From Acidobacteriota bacterium (GTDB taxonomy: Bacteria > Acidobacteriota > UBA6911 > RPQK01 > JAJDTT01): a stretch of DNA of 64,000 nucleotides. Below, piece by piece: positions 9,877-19,041 of the stretch. Where the stretch lies: the NCBI GenBank assembly GCA_965209055.1, contig OZ242374.1, positions 3,936,001 to 4,000,000 of the forward strand. Reading direction: 5' to 3'. Position numbers and translations under genes: made by a program. The notes under the pieces are model-generated. The model searched no databases, was not told where the DNA came from, and saw only the letters and a list, made by a program, of their open reading frames with translations. Position 1 is the first letter of the stretch, and each line of letters opens with the position of its first letter.

Positions 9877-10529
9877 GCTGCATCAAGCGACAGGCGCCGG
9901 TGCTCTTCCTGATTGGGGGTATTCCCTGCCTGTTGGGAATCACAGTCCACCGCCTGCTCACACAGCCGTGGCCTCCTCACTGGGTGACGCTGGTTGTGGC
10001 AGGGATTTATCTGGGTTGGCTGCTTGCCGAAGCGGGCATCACGATGCGGGAACCGAGGAAGGAAGAGGCAACCGACGATCGGAGCAGTCTCGGACTATAC
10101 GCAACGGCGCGATGTGCGACTGTTCTCGGGACCGTTCTTTCGCCGCCCATGGAGGGAACGGTATCGGTGCGGTGGGTCCTGGTAGTCGCCGGAGTCACGA
10201 TCATGATCCTGGGCGTGGGCTTACGTCTGGCCGCGATCCGGAAACTGGCCGCCACCTACAGTCACAGCGTTCGGATCCCCTCTGACGGCATCGTCCGAAG
10301 CGGCGTCTATCGCTATCTTCGGCATCCCGCCTATACGGGGATGGTACTGGGTAATCTCGGATTCGTTGTCGCCCTGGCCAGCCCATGGGGAATGGCGGCA
10401 TTGCTCGGGCTGCTCCTACCCGCCGTGACTTATCGGATCCTGGTCGAAGAGTCGCTATTGCTTTCTACGCTGCCCGAGTATCGGGAGTTCGCAAAGGCGA
10501 GAAAGCGCCTCATCCCATTCCTATGGTAA
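9873..10529 (+). CDS. Isoprenylcysteine carboxyl methyltransferase (ICMT/PEMT) family membrane methyltransferase
   Basis: Several TM helices; GVYRYLRHPAYTG, RILVEESLL, YREF...RLIPFLW; ATGA overlap with the upstream stop. Confidence 0.9.
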   Translation: MSCIKRQAPVLFLIGGIPCLLGITVHRLLTQPWPPHWVTLVVAGIYLGWLLAEAGITMREPRKEEATDDRSSLGLYATARCATVLGTVLSPPMEGTVSVRWVLVVAGVTIMILGVGLRLAAIRKLAATYSHSVRIPSDGIVRSGVYRYLRHPAYTGMVLGNLGFVVALASPWGMAALLGLLLPAVTYRILVEESLLLSTLPEYREFAKARKRLIPFLW

Positions 10530-11503
10530 TGAACGGTTGCGACTTGGTCCTGATCGGCGCAACGGGGTACGTCGGCACCGCCGTCCGGCGCAAACTGATC
10601 GAGGCTTGTCCCCGGAGCAGGGTGCGCGTCCTGGCCCGAAAGCGGCCGCCTCAGGGCACGCCGGCTATCCGGTGGATCCGATGTTCTCTCCCCGAAGTGC
10701 CGGATGGTGCGTTTCCACGCCGGCCCTACTTGCTCGTACATCTCGCCACCAGGCAGATCGATCCGGATGGCACAGGGTTTGTGGCCACAAACGTCACCGG
10801 TACGCTGAACCTGCTCCGCAAGTCAGATGCCAACCTTCGCGGCGTCGTGTACGGCAGCTCGGCGTCCGTGTACGGGCAGGGGCCCTTGCGGCCGGCGTTG
10901 GAGGTGGATCGTCCGAACCCGGTTACACCCCTGGCCAGCAGTCGAAGGGGGGCCGAGAAGGTGATTCTCAAAATGGCGGCAGAACGAGACTTCGGTGCGT
11001 ACCTTTGTCGGCCTCGCTTCATTATTGGCGGTGGGGATCGTTTTCTGGTTCCGCTGCTGGTTCGACTCGCCAGGATGCGACTGGCTGGTAGCCAAGCCGT
11101 GTCCTATTCCTTCATTCACGTTGACGACTACGCCAAAGTCATTCTCTTCATGCTGCAGAGGCTGGCAACCATACACGGGAATGGATCCAATCCGGAACGG
11201 CTGGCCGTCAACGTCGCCTACAGATCCGCACTCCCGCAGGAACAGATCCTGTCCACCGTACGTGGTATGGCGGGGCTTCCGGGTCCCCTGGTGAAATTGC
11301 GCTGCCCGCGTTCCCTTCTTGCCGGTCTCAGAGCGATGCCGGGTCGACGGCCGGACCGGCTGGCTACCCGCCTCGAGTTGCTGATGCAAGATCAGATTCT
11401 CTCCTGCCGCCGTCTCTCCGAGATGGGTTGTGACATTCCATCGCGTTCTCCCCAAGGACGGCTTGAGGTCGCCATTCGCCAATACCAAGAGGTCGGAAAA
11501 TGA
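10529..11503 (+). CDS. NAD-dependent epimerase/dehydratase (extended SDR) family protein with atypical active site
   Basis: LIGATGYVG Rossmann motif, HLA, NVTGT, SSASVYG, IHVDD. TAATG coupling gives the start at 10529. The YxxxK position reads LASSR. Confidence 0.8.
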   Translation: MNGCDLVLIGATGYVGTAVRRKLIEACPRSRVRVLARKRPPQGTPAIRWIRCSLPEVPDGAFPRRPYLLVHLATRQIDPDGTGFVATNVTGTLNLLRKSDANLRGVVYGSSASVYGQGPLRPALEVDRPNPVTPLASSRRGAEKVILKMAAERDFGAYLCRPRFIIGGGDRFLVPLLVRLARMRLAGSQAVSYSFIHVDDYAKVILFMLQRLATIHGNGSNPERLAVNVAYRSALPQEQILSTVRGMAGLPGPLVKLRCPRSLLAGLRAMPGRRPDRLATRLELLMQDQILSCRRLSEMGCDIPSRSPQGRLEVAIRQYQEVGK

Positions 11504-14163
11504 CCAGGACCGCCACTCCCTTGTTCGTTGTCGACTATCGGTCGAAGCTGCTGCAGGCTGCGGTGGGGCCAAAACTTGCGAATCTTGCTGCATTACACGC
11601 CGCCGGGTTTGCGGTTCCCCCCTTCTTCTGCCTGACGACGCACGCCTATGAGGCGGTGCTGTCTGCCCTCCGGCCCCAGGTCGAGGGTCTGTTCCGGGGT
11701 TGCGGCTCGTTTGACGCCGTGGCGGTACAGTCCTTGTCACGGAGAATCCAGCGGATGTTCCTCGACGTCCGCCTGCCCAACGGATTGGAAGAAGCGATCA
11801 AGGCTTCGTTTGAGGATCTCTTCGAGTACGGGGAGTTCGTGGCAGTTCGCGCGTCCGTGGCAGGGCACCGCGCCGAGGAGAGTGAAGACAGCGCGCACCA
11901 TCCCATGGCCGGCATGAGTGATTCGTTCCTGTTTGTTGGCGCCACGCAACTGGTTGCCAAAATCCGTCGCTGTTGGGCCTCGGGGTACGCCCCTGAAGCG
12001 ATCACCTATAGACGGCGGCTCGGGATCGCCCCTCACGGGTTCTCCGTTGCAGTGGGGGTACAGCGCATGGTCGCGTCGGCGCGATCCGTAGTGGCCTTCT
12101 CCTGCGACCCGCGGACAACTCTGAGGCAGACCGTCATCGCGGCAGGCTACGGAGTGGGGGAAGGCGTCGTCCAAGAGAGAGTGGGTGTGGATCACTTTTT
12201 CGTCAATCGAAAGTCCAGGGCCATCACCATTGAGATTGGTCCCAAGACGACAAAGCTGGTAAGGAACCCCGACGGCGACGGGTCCCCGCTCGTTGCCGAA
12301 CCCGTCCCCGTCAAGGCGGTGCGGGAACCCTGTTTGACCACGCGCGAGATTCTGAAACTCGACGCTATCGCACAAAAGGTGGAATGCCTGCTGGGATCGC
12401 CCCAGGACATCGAAGGCGCGTACGATTCGAAAGGCCGCCTCTATCTGCTGCAGAGCCGCCCGGTGCACCTGGACCATCGCACCATCCGAGTGTGGAGTAG
12501 CGCCAACGTCTCCGAGAGCTTTCCAAACGTTACGACCCCGCTGACGTACAGCATGGCGCGGCTCTTTTACCGCACCGTATTCTACGACTTCATCCGGCGC
12601 AGCGGGTGCCCGCCCGGCGTCCTTTACGAACAACTCCCCGACTTCGAACGCATGCTCGGCTTCATCAACGGTCGTGTCTACCATTCCTTGACCTACCTGC
12701 TCAGAGTGAACGGCATGGTGCCCATCGCCAAATGGTTCATAAGCGATCTGGAGGATGTGCTCGAGATGCCGGCTTCGATCGCTCAGGAGGACAGCGGTGG
12801 TGGAGGACTGTGGGCGACCTGCCGCGCGTCAATGATTGCCGGGCGCTGCGCGATGCGCTTGGGAAGGGAGTTTCGCGGGTTTGAAAGGTGGTGGCGGGAA
12901 TACCTCGGAGACCTCCGTCAGATCGAACTCGACGGCGCCGATCCGATGGTGGCGATGGCCACGTTTCGTGAAGTATGGAAGCAAGTCGGCCGCTGGTGGG
13001 GACTGACGCTGATCAACCACTGGTTGATCAACACCTACTTTGCCGCCGCCCGGAAACTGATCGGGAAATGGAATCTTGAGATCAACCTGAGCGATCTACT
13101 GTGCCGGGAGGATAACGCCGGCTCCCGTGCGATCACTTCCGCCATAAGGATCGCGGAACTCATTCGGGCCGATCCTCGTTCGGTAGAACTGTTCGAATCC
13201 ATGGACGATCAGGCGGTGTGGTCGGCCATCTTGACCCAGCCCGATTTTCGAGAGCTTCGAGGGTTAATCCAGCACCATCTCCGCAAGTACGGTGATCGTG
13301 GGGTAGCCGAACTCAACATGGAGGCCCCCGGCTTTCGACGCGAGCCCAAGCTGTTCGTCCGGACTTTGCGATCCTGCGTCTCCAAGGGACTGGTTGCGGA
13401 TGAGCTGGCGCACTCGGAGAAACAGATACGCGACCGCGCCAAAGAGCAGGTCTGGGCCGCACTGGGACGCCGCTCGATCCGCAGCTTCCTGTTTCTGGGG
13501 CTGATACACAGGCTCCGGATCACCGTCAACCAGCGGGAGGACAGCCGTTTCTGGCGCGGTGAGCTCTTCGGGTACTGCAAAGACATTTTTGACGTTCTCG
13601 CCAGCGCGCTGGTGAAGCAAGGTGCTCTGGACCGTCGTGCCGATGCCGTGTTTCTGACCCATGGGGAGATCTTCGGGTTCTTCGACGGCACGGGGGTGAC
13701 CGGCGACTTGCAAGCCTTGGTGGGAATTCGCCGGAGGGAGAAAGAGCGCCATGAACTCGATGCCGGCCCTCCTCGGGACTTTACGACCTGCGGACCCGTG
13801 CAGCCGGCAATCCCGAAAAACAGATCCGCGCTTGGGACCGACCGGGTCCTGCGCGGCATCGGATCGAGCGCCGGCGTCGTGGAGGGGCGCGCCAGGATCG
13901 TCCTCGACCCCACCAATGTCTGCATCGAGGCCAACGACATACTGGTGGCGCGCGAAACGGATCCCGGTTGGTTATTCCTCATGCTGGCGGGCCGGGGGAT
14001 TGTCGTTGAACGTGGCAGCATGTTGTCGCATACGGCGATCAGTGGACGGAAATTTGGCATTCCGACCGTTGTCGGGGTTCCGGACGCGACGCGTGTCATT
14101 CCCGAAGGGGCACGCGTCAGGCTGGATGGTGCGGGCGGTACGGTCACCATCGTGGAGGGCTGA
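11500..14163 (+). CDS. PEP-utilising / rifampin-phosphotransferase-like ATP-dependent phosphotransferase
   Basis: N-terminal ATP-grasp (VGPKLANL, AVRAS, ED, VQRMV, GVGEGVV, PQDIEG, LQSRP); large central helical domain; C-terminal His-swivel (TDPGW, GSMLSHTAISGRKFGIP). Confidence 0.88.
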   Translation: MTRTATPLFVVDYRSKLLQAAVGPKLANLAALHAAGFAVPPFFCLTTHAYEAVLSALRPQVEGLFRGCGSFDAVAVQSLSRRIQRMFLDVRLPNGLEEAIKASFEDLFEYGEFVAVRASVAGHRAEESEDSAHHPMAGMSDSFLFVGATQLVAKIRRCWASGYAPEAITYRRRLGIAPHGFSVAVGVQRMVASARSVVAFSCDPRTTLRQTVIAAGYGVGEGVVQERVGVDHFFVNRKSRAITIEIGPKTTKLVRNPDGDGSPLVAEPVPVKAVREPCLTTREILKLDAIAQKVECLLGSPQDIEGAYDSKGRLYLLQSRPVHLDHRTIRVWSSANVSESFPNVTTPLTYSMARLFYRTVFYDFIRRSGCPPGVLYEQLPDFERMLGFINGRVYHSLTYLLRVNGMVPIAKWFISDLEDVLEMPASIAQEDSGGGGLWATCRASMIAGRCAMRLGREFRGFERWWREYLGDLRQIELDGADPMVAMATFREVWKQVGRWWGLTLINHWLINTYFAAARKLIGKWNLEINLSDLLCREDNAGSRAITSAIRIAELIRADPRSVELFESMDDQAVWSAILTQPDFRELRGLIQHHLRKYGDRGVAELNMEAPGFRREPKLFVRTLRSCVSKGLVADELAHSEKQIRDRAKEQVWAALGRRSIRSFLFLGLIHRLRITVNQREDSRFWRGELFGYCKDIFDVLASALVKQGALDRRADAVFLTHGEIFGFFDGTGVTGDLQALVGIRRREKERHELDAGPPRDFTTCGPVQPAIPKNRSALGTDRVLRGIGSSAGVVEGRARIVLDPTNVCIEANDILVARETDPGWLFLMLAGRGIVVERGSMLSHTAISGRKFGIPTVVGVPDATRVIPEGARVRLDGAGGTVTIVEG

Positions 14164-15059
14164 TGCCGGCGGCACCTGTCCGTAGTCTGATTCGCTTCGT
14201 CTGGCGTCGGTATCCCCCCCTTCCGTATGTGGCCTGGGTATCCCTTTGGACCTGTGCGCTCGAGGGTCTCCTCGAACGACCCGAGCGCCTCGTCGACAGG
14301 CTGGATGTTCCCTTTGTCTTGACCGGGCTCAGCCTGTTCCTCGTCTCCTTCTTCATGCGGGTCGTCGATGAGATCCGCGACTACGAATACGATCGGGTGC
14401 ACCATCCTGAACGGGAGTTGGCCGCCGGCGTCGTGTCGTTCAGCGACCTGTACCTGCTGCTGGCGGTCACCGCCGTGATCCTTCTGGCTCTAAATGCGGG
14501 GAGGCCCGTCGGGGCCGGGCTGCTCGGCGCGATCATGGCGTATTCTCTCTTCTTGTGGTGGCTGGAAGTGCGTTGGCGCTTCTATCGCGAGCGGATGTTC
14601 TTCGCCATCGGCGTGGCCATTCAACTGCATGTGTTGCAGGCGATCTACGTTTGGGTTGTTCGTCCGGACTCAACGGCAGCCGCGCCGGCCATGAGCGTGG
14701 TCTTCGCAATCGCCTCCTTCGTTCTCGCCTACCTGCACTGGGAGGTGGCCCGGAAGACCCGCTGGCCCACGGCGGGCACTCCAGCGGCGAAGCTCTATTC
14801 AACGGAAGTAGGCGCCGTAGCCAGCAGTGCGATCTCCTTGGGGCTGATGACCGCTGCCGTAACGTTTCTCTCGTTCATTCTGCAGCCGTGGCAGCAGTGC
14901 GGCGCCGGCGTCGGTTGGCTCGTTCTGGCTCCTTGGGTTTGTTCGCTGCTCAATACGCTTGGATTCCTGTTGAGGACTCCCGGCGAGCATCGGCTGGGAC
15001 CGGGCGCGGCGATCGCCTATTTTTCATTTCTGGGAATTGTTGTCTTGGGTACTCTTTAG
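14163..15059 (+). CDS. UbiA-family membrane prenyltransferase
   Basis: Multiple TM helices; Asp-rich motif RVVDEIRDYEYDRVHHPERELAAG; WEVARK...LYS; TGATG coupling. Confidence 0.78.
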   Translation: MPAAPVRSLIRFVWRRYPPLPYVAWVSLWTCALEGLLERPERLVDRLDVPFVLTGLSLFLVSFFMRVVDEIRDYEYDRVHHPERELAAGVVSFSDLYLLLAVTAVILLALNAGRPVGAGLLGAIMAYSLFLWWLEVRWRFYRERMFFAIGVAIQLHVLQAIYVWVVRPDSTAAAPAMSVVFAIASFVLAYLHWEVARKTRWPTAGTPAAKLYSTEVGAVASSAISLGLMTAAVTFLSFILQPWQQCGAGVGWLVLAPWVCSLLNTLGFLLRTPGEHRLGPGAAIAYFSFLGIVVLGTL

Positions 15060-15272
15060 ATTCTATCGCGCTGGCGCGCATCGTGGATGGAATACGTATC
15101 GGGTCAGGCGCTAGGAGTCTGCGCCGTAGAAATGATCGTAGCGAGAAAGTGGAGAATCGAGGACAGATTTTCACGATTTTGAGGTGCATAGTTGTTCTAT
15201 TCGCCGAGAAATCGGGGAAATATGGACCGATTCGCCGCTTTCGCAGTAGATTGATTTCTGCGGAGCAGGCTC

Positions 15273-16160
15273 CTAGGTCTCGACGACCGGGGTCTGGCCG
15301 CCTCGCAGGACCGTACTTCCTCCGTAGAACTCCGTCTGGTCGATGCTGGGCCGGGTGTCGATGCCGGCCAGGTCCAGCCGCTGGCTCTGGGAAAAGAAGT
15401 GGGCGGGATTGTCCCAGACGATGGTTCGGATGGTCCGGAGCGTGATGCCGCTCTCCAACATCAGGTCGGTGGTCTTGGGGACCTTCAGGGGATCGCTGAT
15501 GCCCCAATCCGCGGCGCTGTTGATGAGGATCCGCTCGCTGCCGTACTCCTTCACCAGCTTCACCATCCGGACCTCGTCCATCTTGGTGTGGGGATAGATG
15601 GTGTGGCCGGCCCAGCAGCCGGTGTCCAGCACCAGGGGCAGCGTCTCTTCCGTGTTGTGGTCGATGAGGGCCCTCTCCTCGGGGAAGCCGACGTTGCGGA
15701 TGAGGTCCAAGGAACGGATGGTGCCCCGCTTCTTGTCCCGGTGGGGCGTATGCACCAGGACCGGCAGATCCATTTCCATGGCCAGTTCCAACTGGCGGGC
15801 GAAGATGCGCTCCTCCGCATCGGTCTGATCGTCGTACCCGATCTCCCCCACGGCGACCACGCCATCTTTCTGCAGGTAGCGGGGAAGCAGCGAGAGCACT
15901 TCCTCAGCCAGCCTGGGGTTGTTGGCCTCCTTGGGGTTCAGTCCGATGGTGCAGAAATGACGGATGCCGAATTGCGACGCCCGGAACCGCTCCCAGCCCA
16001 CGAGGCTGTTGAAGTAGTCGATGAAGGAGCCGACGTTGGTTCTGGGCTGCCCCAACCAGAAGGAGGGCTCGACGATGACGAGGATCCCGTTTTGGGCCAT
16101 GGCCGAGTAGTCGTCCGTGGTCCGGGAGGTCATGTGAATGTGAGGATCGAAGATCTTCAT
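15273..16160 (-). CDS. eboB: EboB-like TatD-family hydrolase
   Basis: DPHIHMTSRTTDDY, EPSFWLGQPRT, GLNPKEAN, GEIGYD, VHTPHRDKKRGT, IDHN, NSAADWGISDPL; directly downstream of eboA. Confidence 0.92.
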   Translation of the reverse strand: MKIFDPHIHMTSRTTDDYSAMAQNGILVIVEPSFWLGQPRTNVGSFIDYFNSLVGWERFRASQFGIRHFCTIGLNPKEANNPRLAEEVLSLLPRYLQKDGVVAVGEIGYDDQTDAEERIFARQLELAMEMDLPVLVHTPHRDKKRGTIRSLDLIRNVGFPEERALIDHNTEETLPLVLDTGCWAGHTIYPHTKMDEVRMVKLVKEYGSERILINSAADWGISDPLKVPKTTDLMLESGITLRTIRTIVWDNPAHFFSQSQRLDLAGIDTRPSIDQTEFYGGSTVLRGGQTPVVET

Positions 16161-16169
16161 GGTGGAAAT

Positions 16170-17030
16170 TCATTGGACCATCTTGGCCAACGAGGCGTCA
16201 ATAGCGGCCAGAACGCGGTCGTCGGATTCAACCGTTCTCCGCTGCTCGAGCTGCGCGCGGCTTCGTTGGTCCCGGGCGTATCCCAGAGCCCGCGCAGCCC
16301 AATAGCGGTGACGGGAATTGCCCTGCTGCAGATAGGGGTAGATGCGCCCGATCCTCTCGGGAGCGATGCGCGGCGCCACGGCCCACCAGATGTCGGGAGG
16401 AACGTCGCGTCCGGCCGCCTCCCGTTCGCTGGCGTAGTCGTCGGCCATCCGGGAGAGCTCCGGATTGAAGCGGGCTTCCAGCCCCATGATGCGATCCATG
16501 CGGATCGCGTTGAACAGGCTCTTGAGCACCATCTGGTTGAAGTTCAGTTCCGGGAAGTGCGCCGCAGGGTAGGGATTTTCGCAGGCGATGGCTTCCAGCA
16601 GGGGAACGATGTTGGTCCGGCAGGCGTCGACGGCCGCGTCCAGGAACCGACTGCGTTGGGGAAGCAGATTGATTCCCCGGAGCCAGCTCTGCTGCTCGCG
16701 GCTGTCACCCTGCCGATAGCATTCCAGCACCGTTTCGGAATATTCGTCCGGAGGCAGATGGGCAATTCTCAGCAGGAGGATGGCCCGTCCCAGTTCGTCC
16801 AGGCCCCAGTGATCGAGGGGAAGATCGGGCCGCAAGGTGCTCCAGCGGAGAGCTTCTTCCGGGTCCTGGGCAAGAGCTTTCTTTCCTAACCAGAAGGAGG
16901 CTCCCGCGTAGTTGCCCAGCAGCCGGTTCAGATCGACAGGAGCCGCCGTGCTTCGGCAGGCCTTTTGAAACCAGCTCCAGCCGCGGGAGGAGGCGCGGGC
17001 CCTTAGAATCCGGGTCAGAAAATCGATCAC
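16170..17030 (-). CDS. eboA: EboA domain protein with a C-terminal HEAT-like extension
   Basis: WGLDELGRAILL, GDSREQ, DACRTN, NPYPAAHF, FNQMVLKSLF, DYASEREAAGRDVP. Confidence 0.88.
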   Translation of the reverse strand: MIDFLTRILRARASSRGWSWFQKACRSTAAPVDLNRLLGNYAGASFWLGKKALAQDPEEALRWSTLRPDLPLDHWGLDELGRAILLLRIAHLPPDEYSETVLECYRQGDSREQQSWLRGINLLPQRSRFLDAAVDACRTNIVPLLEAIACENPYPAAHFPELNFNQMVLKSLFNAIRMDRIMGLEARFNPELSRMADDYASEREAAGRDVPPDIWWAVAPRIAPERIGRIYPYLQQGNSRHRYWAARALGYARDQRSRAQLEQRRTVESDDRVLAAIDASLAKMVQ

Positions 17031-17128
17031 GGTTCGTGGATCCAGCGAACGAATTATGGCGAAAACGGGATGTTATGGTCCCCAAGACGGAAATTCTTGT
17101 CAAACGCGGTCCAACCCCGTTTCTTGCC

Positions 17129-19006
17129 ATGTGTACCCGCCTGTTGCATCATGCTCAGGCTGTGCCGGCGCGTCGAAGCTGCTTCAGGCTTGGATTATTC
17201 CTGGGGGGACTTCTCCTGCTCTTCTCCGCCGAGGGACGGAGTGAGGAGTTCCGCCGCCTCGACCAGGAGCAGACACCCCCTGAGTTCGCCACGCTTCAAG
17301 ATTGGATGGCGCGGGCGCACGAACTCCGAACCCGGATCATGGTCAGCGCGGGACTGGAACCGTTGCCTGCCAGGACGCCCCTGAATCCCCGGCTTTCGCC
17401 GCTTGTGACGCGGGACGGTTATACGGTTCAGAATGTCACCCTGGAGACCCTGCCCGGTTTCTACCTGACCGGGAATCTCTACCGTCCGCTGGGGATGGAT
17501 CCTCCCTATCCGGCCGTCCTCGGTCCTCACGGCCATTGGAAGAACGGAAGGCTGGAAAACAGCGAGCTTTCCTCGGTTCCGGGGCGCGCCATCAACCTGG
17601 CGCGGCGCGGCGCCGTGGTCTTCACCTATTCCATGATCGGATACGAGGAGACCAAGGGGCTTATCCCCCATCGTTTCGACGAATCCCGCTATCAGCTCTG
17701 GGGCTTCGGACCGGCGGGCCTTCAACTCTGGAACAGCGTCCGGGCCTTGGACTTCCTCACCTCCAGGACCGACGTGGACGCCGGCAGGATCGGAATGACC
17801 GGGGCGTCCGGCGGCGGCACCCAGACGTTCCTGCTGATGGCGGTGGAACCCAGGATCTCGGTGGCGGCGCCGGTGAACATGATCTCGGCCCACTTCCAGG
17901 GGGGATGCATCTGCGAGAACGCTCCACTCTTGCGTCTGGATTCCATCAACACGGAGATCGGGGCGATGATGGCGCCCCGGCCGTTGATGCTGGTCTCCAC
18001 CAGCGGCGACTGGACTTCCAAGACACCGGACGTTGAGTTTCCGGCCATCCGCTCCGTCTACCGCCTCTTCGGCGCGGAAGACCGGGTTGCGAATGCCCAT
18101 TTCGACTACCCGCACAACTACAACCGCGATAGCCGGGAGGCGGTCTATGGATGGTTCGGGAGATGGCTGTGGGACGAGGAGCGGCCCGGTGAAGTGCCGT
18201 TCCAAGTGGAGCCGGCCGATGCCCTGACGGCAGAGCTTCCGGCTCGGCCTCTGCCTCTGGAGGAACTTTTCTCCAACTTCGCCGCTCGGGCACGCGGACA
18301 GATCGAGATCCACAAGCCCGGGGATTGGAAGGAGATCTTTCGCTACCGGGAGGTCTATGGCCCCGTCCTGCGGCACTCCCTTTCGGTGCCTCCGTCGCCG
18401 GATCTCGTCGAGATGGAGGTTCAGCTGCCCGATCCCCATCACCGCGCCGGCCGAGCCGTTCTCGTGGTGCATCCGCGGGAAGAGGAGGAACGTGCCCGGG
18501 CTTTGGCGCACCGATACCGCGGCGACGGGCGCTTGGCGTTCCGGATCAGCCCTTATCCCCAGGTCGAGGCGCTGATGCCTCCTGAGGACGTGAATCACTG
18601 GACGACCTACAACCCGACGCCGGCGTCGCGGCGGATTGACCTGGTGCGGCGGGCCTGCCGCGTCATCCTGGACCGGGGGGACGTGACAGGGCTGGACTTG
18701 GTGGGGTTGCGGGAAGCGGGGGCGTGGGTCCTTCTGGGCGCCGCCACCGGACCCCGTGTCGGCCGCGTCTCGGCCGAGCTGGAGATGTTCTCCGGCGACA
18801 CGGATCAGGTCTTTCTGGATCGGCTCTTCGTGCCTCTGCTGCGGCGGTCCGGAGACCTGAAAACAGCGGCAGTTCTTTTGGCCCCCGGGCAACTCACGCT
18901 CCACGGGCTGGATGAAGGGCCGTTGAAGCTTTGGTTCCAGGAGGTCTACGGGGCGGCCGGCGCATCCGGAATGCTGGAATTCCGGAACGGACCCATCGGA
19001 AACTAG
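17129..19006 (+). CDS. Secreted alpha/beta-hydrolase (acetylxylan-esterase-like)
   Basis: Signal-like segment; GNLYRP, LGPHGHW, RALDFL, nucleophile elbow GASGGG, GCICE, HNYN. Start uncertain (17036-17129). Confidence 0.82.
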   Translation: MCTRLLHHAQAVPARRSCFRLGLFLGGLLLLFSAEGRSEEFRRLDQEQTPPEFATLQDWMARAHELRTRIMVSAGLEPLPARTPLNPRLSPLVTRDGYTVQNVTLETLPGFYLTGNLYRPLGMDPPYPAVLGPHGHWKNGRLENSELSSVPGRAINLARRGAVVFTYSMIGYEETKGLIPHRFDESRYQLWGFGPAGLQLWNSVRALDFLTSRTDVDAGRIGMTGASGGGTQTFLLMAVEPRISVAAPVNMISAHFQGGCICENAPLLRLDSINTEIGAMMAPRPLMLVSTSGDWTSKTPDVEFPAIRSVYRLFGAEDRVANAHFDYPHNYNRDSREAVYGWFGRWLWDEERPGEVPFQVEPADALTAELPARPLPLEELFSNFAARARGQIEIHKPGDWKEIFRYREVYGPVLRHSLSVPPSPDLVEMEVQLPDPHHRAGRAVLVVHPREEEERARALAHRYRGDGRLAFRISPYPQVEALMPPEDVNHWTTYNPTPASRRIDLVRRACRVILDRGDVTGLDLVGLREAGAWVLLGAATGPRVGRVSAELEMFSGDTDQVFLDRLFVPLLRRSGDLKTAAVLLAPGQLTLHGLDEGPLKLWFQEVYGAAGASGMLEFRNGPIGN

Positions 19007-19041
19007 CCTGATTCGGCGGTATAAATTAATCGAGGAGAGCC

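Noticed and set aside
11500-14163. Calling this ppsA or a rifampin resistance gene
   Set aside because: The domain order excludes PEP synthase, and the biosynthetic operon context argues against a resistance role.
14163-15059. Calling the UbiA gene eboC
   Set aside because: It lies on the opposite strand to the ebo genes and is translationally coupled to the PEP-utiliser; orthology to EboC is not supported without a phylogeny.
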